Positions 9,740 to 16,998 of a stretch of 64,000 nt of DNA are shown in pieces. Under the pieces are notes generated by a model. That model made no database searches and was not told where the DNA came from. It saw only the letters and a list, made by a program, of their open reading frames with translations. The stretch is from Patescibacteria group bacterium (lineage in GTDB: Bacteria; Patescibacteriota; Patescibacteriia; JBHPGJ01): positions 2,223 through 66,222 of the forward strand of contig JBHPGJ010000004.1 in assembly GCA_042570545.1 (NCBI GenBank), written 5' to 3'. Both the position numbers and the translations under genes were made by a program. The number at the start of each line of letters is the position of its first letter. Position 1 is the first letter of the stretch.

Positions 9740-9906
9740 TGTTTTCACCTCCTTAGGGTCTATCTATTAAAACGCTTCCAAATAAATATTGATTTAGAAG
9801 CAATTAATATAGCGATACTATATTACGCGTAAAATATTGTCAATAGTATTTTCAAATATTTCCAACCGCCGGCGACTCCGGTGTCAAGCTGGTTGTTAAC
9901 AATTAA

Positions 9907-10134
9907 TTATTCCTTATCTTCTTCCAGTTCAGAAAATTTCTTCTTGATCGATTCTACCCTATTCTCTACCTCTGACAATTTGGTTTTTAGTTCCTCTGCT
10001 ATTTTAAGACCGCGCTCAAACTTGACCAAACCTTCTTCCAGGTCAACTGACTCATCATCAAATGACTCAGCGATTTTTTCGAGCTCATCAAACTTATGAG
10101 CGAAGTTGAATTTTGGTGATTGTTTCTTAGTCAT
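9907..10134 (-). CDS. xseB: exodeoxyribonuclease VII small subunit
   Basis: 75 aa, helical, with an XseB-like pattern (ESFDDESVDLEEGLVKFERGLKIAEELKTKL). It overlaps xseA by 8 nt. Confidence 0.8.
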   Translation of the reverse strand: MTKKQSPKFNFAHKFDELEKIAESFDDESVDLEEGLVKFERGLKIAEELKTKLSEVENRVESIKKKFSELEEDKE

Positions 10135-11383
10135 AGGTTTTCTTGGTTTCAGAGATTATATTACCTGATGCCAGCCGAGTGCGCAACTTGTCGCCGGTCT
10201 TGATCTGGCTGGTTTTTTTTAGCGGTTTATTAGCCGGTCCGTAGGTAATGCTATAGCCCCGATCCATTGTCGCTTGCGGTGATAGAGCTTTAAGTAATTT
10301 TAATAATCTAGTTAATTGATCTTTCTTTAGTCTGACTGATTGTTTGATACCAAAACACAATCTATCATTCAGCCTGGTCAACGAGTCGGCAGAAGATAAA
10401 AGTGTCTGACTATAGGCTGATAATTTTATTCGCATACTTTGTCTGAGCTGGCCATATCTCTCCTGCCAGCGTCTAGGTCCGCGGACGATATTGCCGATAG
10501 CCTGACTGAGTCTCTGATTGCCGGTTTCTACCGCACTATAAAACTGACGGTAGATAGTTAGTTCAAAATTATTTACCAAGCTCAAGATATCACTCTTATC
10601 AGGCGTGACTGACTCAGCCGCATTGGACGGTGTGGCAGCCCTAAAGTCAGCTACCAGATCAGCTATTGACCAATCGCGCTCATGCCCCACGCCTACGACT
10701 ACCGGAATATCAGAGGCAAATATTGCTCGAGCTACTTTTTCTGAATTAAATGACTGTAGGTCTTCTAGCGATCCCCCGCCCCTGGTCAGGATAATCGCTT
10801 CCACTCCAGTACTTTTTTGAAAATATTTAAAAGCCTGCAATATGCTGCCAACCGAGGCATCGCCCTGAACCTGAACCGGAAAAAACTCAATAATCATGCC
10901 TGTCCAACGATTATTTAGTACCCGCAAAACATCATTATAGGCGGCGGCATCAGGCGATGTTATCAAGCCAATACGGCCCGGAAAGCGCGGCAGTGAACGC
11001 TTGCGCTCGGGGGCAAATAAGCCTTCTTTTATTAGCTTGTTTTTCAATAACTGCAGAGCTTTAGCCAGGGCGCCCTCACCCACAGGTCGTACTTTGACAG
11101 CTCGCAAGTGAAAACCAGAATTTTTTTTAAACAAAGACGGTGAGCCGATCACTTGAACTTCCATGCCATCTTCTAGCTCCACATCAAGCTGATAATCGAG
11201 CATAAAAACCGTCAGCCGTGATGACTCGTCCTTGATCTCAAAAAAAATAAGCTTATTACCCGCTGACCGCTGACGAAACCCGGTGATCTCTCCCTGGACA
11301 ACCACGGTGCCAAAAGTAGCACTCAAAGAATCCCTGACCAGATCATTGAATTCAGCTACCTTATAAACTCTGGCCTTATTCAT
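10127..11383 (-). CDS. xseA: exodeoxyribonuclease VII large subunit
   Basis: 418 aa with an N-terminal OB fold (VVVQGEITGFRQRSAGNKLIFFEIKDE) and the catalytic-domain motif RGGGSLEDL...VGHERD. Confidence 0.9.
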   Translation of the reverse strand: MNKARVYKVAEFNDLVRDSLSATFGTVVVQGEITGFRQRSAGNKLIFFEIKDESSRLTVFMLDYQLDVELEDGMEVQVIGSPSLFKKNSGFHLRAVKVRPVGEGALAKALQLLKNKLIKEGLFAPERKRSLPRFPGRIGLITSPDAAAYNDVLRVLNNRWTGMIIEFFPVQVQGDASVGSILQAFKYFQKSTGVEAIILTRGGGSLEDLQSFNSEKVARAIFASDIPVVVGVGHERDWSIADLVADFRAATPSNAAESVTPDKSDILSLVNNFELTIYRQFYSAVETGNQRLSQAIGNIVRGPRRWQERYGQLRQSMRIKLSAYSQTLLSSADSLTRLNDRLCFGIKQSVRLKKDQLTRLLKLLKALSPQATMDRGYSITYGPANKPLKKTSQIKTGDKLRTRLASGNIISETKKTYD

Positions 11384-11628
11384 TTCTTAAACCATCCGTG
11401 GTGCTTCTTCTGGACATAGACTATGTCCCACCATATCGTACCGACCCACCAGCCAAAAGCGATCCCGCCCAAAGCAATAATTATCCCAAAAGGCAGATGA
11501 TACGTCGGATGCCAGAAGGTCCAGGATATGCCGCTATTTAGTAAAAGTGTTTCTACTACTGAGTGGACTATAAAACTAAGTAAAAACCCGCCAATAGTAG
11601 ATATGATTATGTAGGTTTTTCTTTTCAC
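11380..11628 (-). CDS. small membrane protein (2 TM), hypothetical
   Basis: 82 aa. Its ATGA overlap with the xseA start suggests translational coupling. Confidence 0.4.
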   Translation of the reverse strand: MKRKTYIIISTIGGFLLSFIVHSVVETLLLNSGISWTFWHPTYHLPFGIIIALGGIAFGWWVGTIWWDIVYVQKKHHGWFKK

Positions 11629-11658
11629 TTGGTATAGGATATCATTTTTTCGTCTATC

Positions 11659-11692
11659 TGAAAAATCCCGCGTGAAGATTCTTGGCGGGATT
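11659..11692 (-). terminator. rho-independent terminator downstream of the small zinc-ribbon ORF
   Basis: On the minus strand the stem AATCCCGC (11664-11671) / GCGGGATT (11685-11692) has a 13-nt loop and is followed by TTTTTC. Confidence 0.5.
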
Positions 11693-11739
11693 CTTCAGTG
11701 TAAAGAGTTATACATTTTTTACCTTTCTATTCTCCTTAC

Positions 11740-11910
11740 TTACTCGCTGAGTCTAGGACTCGCCTGTTTTTCAAGGCACTGCTGGCAAATACGAGGTCTG
11801 TCCGACCGCCGGCCGCAGAAACCACAGCGATACCTAGGTATGCCAACGAGATAATACTTGCTAATTTGTTTCTCAGTCAAAGTTTTTAGAAGGTCTTGTT
11901 TGGTCTTCAT
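11740..11910 (-). CDS. candidate 56-aa CxxC-x9-CxxC zinc-ribbon protein (MKTKQDLLKTLTEKQISKYYLVGIPRYRCGFCGRRSDRPRICQQCLEKQASPRLSE)
   Basis: A perfect SD AAGGAGG lies 4-5 nt upstream of the ATG at 11910, the stop is TAA at 11740-11742, and a terminator lies 48 nt downstream. It is missing from the ORF track because it is under 60 aa. Confidence 0.5.
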   Translation of the reverse strand: MKTKQDLLKTLTEKQISKYYLVGIPRYRCGFCGRRSDRPRICQQCLEKQASPRLSE

Positions 11911-12273
11911 GGGGCCTCCTTTGCCTTATGACTAAGGAGCTGCTCACAGACTGCCGGACTATAGATAACGTTTATTACTTCAAGTGTATGCCAGGCTGAC
12001 CACATCCGCTTACCAGTTGGGCTGATATACGTAGGATCAGTGTTGTGTGAAAATTTGACTTGAGCACGTTAAAACAGCTGTCTATGAACAGCTCCCTAGC
12101 CACCTCGTCCCGACTTGAGACCAAAAAACCAAGATAATTCTAAACCTCTTCTCTGGGAGCAGTGATACGGGTTTTCAATGTACCGCCCTTGCTGTGATTA
12201 CCCTAGGAGTAGAGATTTTTTTTTGGTTTTTGCTTTTACTAATTATTATTTAATTGTCTAACAACACCAGAAC
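11911..12273 (-). promoter_or_regulatory. long untranslated leader; possible cis-regulatory RNA or ncRNA
   Basis: About 360 nt lie between the promoter and the SD with no credible ORF. Composition is mixed and there are multiple short inverted repeats. Confidence 0.3.
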
Positions 12274-12280
12274 ACTTTCC

Positions 12281-12310
12281 AGTATAGAACAGTAATTTTA
12301 AAGTTGTCAA
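12281..12310 (-). promoter_or_regulatory. sigma70-like promoter (TTGACA-N18-TATACT) driving a ~360-nt leader upstream of the zinc-ribbon ORF
   Basis: On the minus strand, TTGACA is the RC of 12305-12310 and TATACT the RC of 12281-12286. The predicted TSS is ~12274 and the first ORF start is at 11910. Confidence 0.45.
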
Positions 12311-12319
12311 GCCTCTTAT

Positions 12320-12709
12320 CTACAGTTTACTTCTTTCTATCATTATACAGGCTCCAGAAGCCATTGCTAAAATACCGTTGGCCACACATTTCTGTCTGAT
12401 CGCTTCACTCTCAGCACCCGGTTGGAACCACATTTTCTTGATGCCCAGCAGTTTGGCTTCGTCAATTATTTTCAGACCTACTTCTGGCGGGACAACCGCC
12501 ACCGCTACATCTGGCATATTGGGAACTTCTTTCAAGGACGGATAGACAGATATTCCTTCTATTTCATTGTACTTGGGATTTACACCGACTACCTGATAAT
12601 CACCATCATTGAGATCCATCAAGACCTGGTAACCGTATTTAGACTGGTTGGTAGTAGCGCCAACTACGGCGTAGTGATAACTGTGATTAATAAAATCTTT
12701 TGGTTTCAT
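12320..12709 (-). CDS. CoA-binding domain protein (YccU-like)
   Basis: 129 aa with the CoA_binding_2 pattern (YAVVGATTNQSKYGYQVLMDL...VAVVPPEVGLKII). Confidence 0.7.
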   Translation of the reverse strand: MKPKDFINHSYHYAVVGATTNQSKYGYQVLMDLNDGDYQVVGVNPKYNEIEGISVYPSLKEVPNMPDVAVAVVPPEVGLKIIDEAKLLGIKKMWFQPGAESEAIRQKCVANGILAMASGACIMIERSKL

Positions 12710-12712
12710 AGG

Positions 12713-13300
12713 TTAAACAAATCCTAGCAATATTGCTGTCGTGCCAATGATACCATGAGATAAACTTACGGCATAGATATTTGGCTGTTTTAGATATGTC
12801 CAGGTCCAATACATACCCAGAATAAAAGTTGCCACCGATATTTCTGGCTGTAAACGATAAGTATGTAGCAGGGAAAACATCAAGCCGACAATGACAATGA
12901 TCAGAACCTTGCTGTTTATTATCCTTTGTAATCTTCTTGATAAATATCCCTGAAAAGCAAATTGCTGTGAAATCACTCCGATCAGAAAATAATAAACAAA
13001 AAAGACCGTATTCCACCAAATATCCGGCCGGCCCTTTATAAAATAAACTACGATCAACACTGAAGCGATAAGCAACGTACCAGGCAGAAAAGCTTTGATT
13101 GATAAGATAAAATTATCTCGCCGCAAGCCAAGTTCTTTTAAGGTGATCCTTCTTTTTATTATTAAAATAATAATTATTAATAAGGCTGCTTCCATAATCC
13201 AGTAACGCCAAAGCAGCGGTAATATTCGAAAGGTGAATAAAGCCACTGGCAACACAAGTAAAAATAGTGCCTCTAATATGATACTGACTCTACTACTCAT
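12713..13300 (-). CDS. membrane protein with CPBP (CAAX protease-like) motif arrangement; catalytic EE replaced by QQ
   Basis: 195 aa, 5-6 TM. Motif 1 is SQQFAFQGYL (canonical EExxxR), motif 2 is FSLLH and motif 3 is SHGIIG. Confidence 0.35.
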   Translation of the reverse strand: MSSRVSIILEALFLLVLPVALFTFRILPLLWRYWIMEAALLIIIILIIKRRITLKELGLRRDNFILSIKAFLPGTLLIASVLIVVYFIKGRPDIWWNTVFFVYYFLIGVISQQFAFQGYLSRRLQRIINSKVLIIVIVGLMFSLLHTYRLQPEISVATFILGMYWTWTYLKQPNIYAVSLSHGIIGTTAILLGFV

Positions 13301-14045
13301 TAAAAAGTACTTTTTGACATGTGCTATCTATACATTGTGCTATGTAGTTGGTGTTCTTATATTCACCCGGACAAGCCGAGGAGACGCAATTATCAATTGA
13401 TTGCTGCAGCTCCTGCAAGGATTGTAAATTTACTGCTACATATTCGGACTGGGCGTAGTCTTGTACTTCACAAAGTGGCCGATAGCAGGTTTCGTCGGTT
13501 AGATTTTTATTCACTATTGTGCAATCATTGCTGATCGAACATTTTATCGTTACCTGACCATCAAAATAAGTCAGCGGCAGCTCATCCTCGGGTCCATACT
13601 CGATACAAGCACAAGTACACTGGCCGGCCAAACACTCGAACATCGTACTAGTACTAGCCGGACAACTTACATTATCACAATATGTTGAGCAATCATTGCG
13701 AACTGTGCATTCACGGGCTGGCCCAATCGAATTAATATTTACACTGGTTGAATTGGAACTGTTGCTGGTGTTAATATTGACGCTAGAATTTGTGTTTGTA
13801 TTAATTATCAAACCCTGATTATTATTTTGACCGACGTTGGTATTACCAACTTCAATTAAATTGGTATTACTTATCGTATTCAACTGTTCGGCCAAGGCTG
13901 CAGCTTCGGCTCGGCTCTTGGCCAGGGCAACATTCAATTTATCCGTACCCTGCTTGTTTAAAACTATCGTACCTAAAACAAAAACCGTCAATGCCAACAC
14001 TAAGCTAATTGATAATATATTAAAAATGCTTTTTTTGTTTTCCAT
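13293..14045 (-). CDS. secreted/anchored Cys-rich protein with N-terminal signal-anchor, coiled coil and Asn/Ser/Thr-rich linker
   Basis: 250 aa. The C-terminal ~150 aa contain about 20 Cys in spaced CxxxC / C-x-C patterns. It belongs to the surface-protein operon. Confidence 0.5.
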   Translation of the reverse strand: MENKKSIFNILSISLVLALTVFVLGTIVLNKQGTDKLNVALAKSRAEAAALAEQLNTISNTNLIEVGNTNVGQNNNQGLIINTNTNSSVNINTSNSSNSTSVNINSIGPARECTVRNDCSTYCDNVSCPASTSTMFECLAGQCTCACIEYGPEDELPLTYFDGQVTIKCSISNDCTIVNKNLTDETCYRPLCEVQDYAQSEYVAVNLQSLQELQQSIDNCVSSACPGEYKNTNYIAQCIDSTCQKVLFNE

Positions 14046-14065
14046 TTAATAATTATCTGAGTTAA

Positions 14066-14710
14066 TTATTTGAACTGTACAGATTCCTTGATCAGGTCAA
14101 ATACATGGACGGCTTGTTCATATTCTTCAGCTTTGGCCAGAGCAACTATTTGGTATAAGGTACCCTGATAGTATACATTAATGACCTCAACTTTCCAGAT
14201 ACCATCACTACCAATTATTAATTCTGAAATTGCCGGCTGACCGCCGATTAATATCTGCTCCGTTCCGGTAGTAAAATCTTCGGGTGATTTATAATATGTC
14301 TCGTAGGTCTGCTGACAACTTAATAGATCACCGCACTGATCATCGTCTATGGTCATCACTGAAAAGCGTGAGCCGCCATAATTATTGCAAACAAAACCAC
14401 CCATATCAACATCTTCATCATCAAGCACTGACTGAGGCCGGTCTAGCTGCATACAGCCGGGCGGGTATTTAAAAGATATTTCTTGTCCACTAAGCGAGAA
14501 TCGGCTCCACTCATCATCATCAAAATTCTTGATACTATAGTCGGGCTGACTATTGATGTTGGTATTAACAGAGACGTCAAAAGTTTGAAATAAATAAATA
14601 ACAATAAATATGGCTACCAAGGCTAGTATAACAATCCCAAATACTATTTGTGTTGTGGCTAGTGGATTATCGTTAAATTTATTTTTTTTATCATATACTG
14701 ACTCAGGCAT
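14066..14710 (-). CDS. membrane-anchored extracytoplasmic protein, hypothetical
   Basis: 214 aa with a single N-terminal TM (FGIVILALVAIFIVIYLF) and an acidic ectodomain. Confidence 0.5.
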   Translation of the reverse strand: MPESVYDKKNKFNDNPLATTQIVFGIVILALVAIFIVIYLFQTFDVSVNTNINSQPDYSIKNFDDDEWSRFSLSGQEISFKYPPGCMQLDRPQSVLDDEDVDMGGFVCNNYGGSRFSVMTIDDDQCGDLLSCQQTYETYYKSPEDFTTGTEQILIGGQPAISELIIGSDGIWKVEVINVYYQGTLYQIVALAKAEEYEQAVHVFDLIKESVQFK

Positions 14711-14757
14711 ATTATTTGCTGTAGCTGTTTATATTGAATAATATCTTCTCAACCATG

Positions 14758-15855
14758 CTAGTAAATGATTATAGTGCTCATAATATCATCCAACATTTCT
14801 AAGCCTGATAACTGCTGATCACCGGTTGGGACAAAACCGCTGATGGTATATCTCTTATCATTTACTATGGTTCCTATAACAATAGCTCGGGAACTACCTT
14901 CAACCTGGCTGTCAGTAATTAACTTCTTAAATTGTTTATCATTTATTATGGCATAATCACAAGACAAGACAGTCTCGTACTCCGGATTACTGCTGTCGCA
15001 GCTGATGACATTTTCAACGGTGTTATTATCAGAGTTATTATAGATAGCAAAATCGGCTTTTATCATACCGTCATCCAGCCCGCCGCGACCGGCTGCCTGG
15101 GTCGTATCCCAATTGGTTAAGATCCAGCTAAAGACATCATTTATCTGGGATTCACTGCCTATGAACCATCCCTCCGTGGGATACTTAAAATTCAAAGATC
15201 CATCACTGCTATTATAAGTCTGCCAATCAGCTGTTGGATCTTTAAAAAACTGAAAAGTAGTCAAGACTTGCGCCAGTTCAGGATAATCTTCAACATAAAC
15301 AGTCGCCCAGGCTAATTTGATAAAACCGTCCACGGTTGGAAAATAAACCGCATCTAACTCGGTTAATCCCAGTTCCAATTGTCTAGTTACATCAAGTCCA
15401 TTAATTGTTTCGGTTCTTGTATCCGATACATCAGTGGTCACCATTGTATCAACAAATTGCATTGTTACGGTCGGCGCCAACTCCGGTGATGATTCGGTGC
15501 CGGCGTCAGTCGGATAAACTTGAGTAAAGGTCGGCTGTACGTTCTTAGCCCAGCCTAGGGGGTATTTTATAGTGTAGTTATATTCATCATTTGTATAAGC
15601 CAACCAGTTGGTCGTATTGGCTGCCGAGTTGGTGTTAATCAGGCTGGTGTTGGTAACGATAGCAGTATTTGTATTTTCTGTGGTTCGGTTGGTATTTAAT
15701 ATGGTGTTGTTTGTGGCGACTGGAGTATTGGTATTAACATTAGTATCATTATCAACCTCCAGCTTGAACCACACCATAGCACTTACCACAGCTAAGGAAA
15801 TCACAGCGATCACAATTACCGCAACGATATGAATATAGGCTTTTTGGTTAATCAT
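14758..15855 (-). CDS. surface protein, paralog family A (N-terminal anchor MINQKAYIHIVAVI..., Thr/Asn-rich linker, C-terminal globular domain)
   Basis: 365 aa. The conserved N-terminus is shared with 15858..16997 and 20440..21936, followed by a low-complexity TNTN linker. Confidence 0.55.
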   Translation of the reverse strand: MINQKAYIHIVAVIVIAVISLAVVSAMVWFKLEVDNDTNVNTNTPVATNNTILNTNRTTENTNTAIVTNTSLINTNSAANTTNWLAYTNDEYNYTIKYPLGWAKNVQPTFTQVYPTDAGTESSPELAPTVTMQFVDTMVTTDVSDTRTETINGLDVTRQLELGLTELDAVYFPTVDGFIKLAWATVYVEDYPELAQVLTTFQFFKDPTADWQTYNSSDGSLNFKYPTEGWFIGSESQINDVFSWILTNWDTTQAAGRGGLDDGMIKADFAIYNNSDNNTVENVISCDSSNPEYETVLSCDYAIINDKQFKKLITDSQVEGSSRAIVIGTIVNDKRYTISGFVPTGDQQLSGLEMLDDIMSTIIIY

Positions 15856-15857
15856 AA

Positions 15858-16997
15858 TTAGCGATAAAACAATAGACTATCAACTATTTTATTGAAAGTA
15901 TTTAGAGAACTAATGCTATTGTAGCCATGATAATACAGCTGATACTGATCGCCGCCGAAGTCAAAGAAAACATAGGCTGCCTCTGTACCAGCGGACGGTG
16001 CTGGCCCCTCAACGTCCTTGAAGGTGCCGATTACTCTGGTAGCTGGCCGGCCACCGACGGTAATTTCTGTCCTCTCGGTCACATTTAGCGCATCGGCCAC
16101 GCTCTGTATTTCTGATTCAGTGGTGCTTTCACCCTGGAATATTTTAATATTTATTCGGGTTGATCCGCCGGCATTGCAGATGGGAGCATAGGCATCATCT
16201 ATATACAGACCAGAGTAATCAGAACCGCAAGTGGTGATAGACCAATCGGGTGGATAAGCAAAGGTAAAGCCATAGGTTTCATTGTCTTGAGTTGGCCAGT
16301 TGGGCTTGTCGGCGACGGTAAAATCAAATATATCAACTAATTGCAGAAATTGCGCATGCGAAGGAGTCTGATCGGCAAACTCAGTCTTGGCATCAAACTC
16401 AATACCCCAGGTAGCGGCATTGTACGAGAAGAAGTAGTAATCAACCATTGATTCAAAGGCTCCCAATACTCTCGTCTGGTTCGCATCGTGGGTTCCCTGT
16501 ATACGATAGCCATCAACTCCGAGAATCTTAATTGGTTCTGGAGTTAAACCACCTGACATACTCTCGGCAAATGTCAGTAGATCGTTCTGAAAGTGATATG
16601 AGACTATGCCTATAGATCCTGGACCAACCGCATCAGTATACAACGCACTGTCTTTGTTTGGATTAGCTTCTGACGCTATTCGAATAATGCCGGCCAGTCC
16701 CCCGTTTTCGTGCCACTTAACTTCGGTATCCGGTGGATACTTAAATGTAACTCCAAGAAAATCATTAGTATAAGTATGCCAGATGGCGTCTTCCCTAACC
16801 GAAACATTGGTATTGATTATCGATTGATTGGTATTCTGATTACTGCTCGGTTCGTCTTTGCTTATACCTACGGTTGTGTTAGTATCGTCAATTTTATCTA
16901 CTTCGGTTTTAAAATAAACCATGGCGGCGACTACCGTAATAGCGATAGCGCTGATCGTTATTACGGCGACAATGTGCGTAAAAGCTTTTTGATTCAT
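15858..16997 (-). CDS. surface protein, paralog family A (MNQKAFTHIVAVI... anchor)
   Basis: 379 aa with a 3-nt intergenic gap. Same N-terminal module and a divergent C-terminal domain. Confidence 0.55.
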   Translation of the reverse strand: MNQKAFTHIVAVITISAIAITVVAAMVYFKTEVDKIDDTNTTVGISKDEPSSNQNTNQSIINTNVSVREDAIWHTYTNDFLGVTFKYPPDTEVKWHENGGLAGIIRIASEANPNKDSALYTDAVGPGSIGIVSYHFQNDLLTFAESMSGGLTPEPIKILGVDGYRIQGTHDANQTRVLGAFESMVDYYFFSYNAATWGIEFDAKTEFADQTPSHAQFLQLVDIFDFTVADKPNWPTQDNETYGFTFAYPPDWSITTCGSDYSGLYIDDAYAPICNAGGSTRINIKIFQGESTTESEIQSVADALNVTERTEITVGGRPATRVIGTFKDVEGPAPSAGTEAAYVFFDFGGDQYQLYYHGYNSISSLNTFNKIVDSLLFYR

Positions 16998-16998
16998 A

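Noticed and set aside
9881-10099. 72-aa Ser-rich plus-strand ORF overlapping xseB
   Set aside because: Low-complexity antisense reading of a recognisable xseB gene.
11672-11854. 60-aa plus-strand ORF in the intergenic region
   Set aside because: It has no SD. It is antisense to a 56-aa ORF that has a perfect SD and a terminator, and it reads across the terminator hairpin.
12687-13019. 110-aa minus-strand ORF nested in an alternative frame of 12713..13300
   Set aside because: It is an out-of-frame overlap inside a longer membrane-protein ORF, with no SD or independent support.
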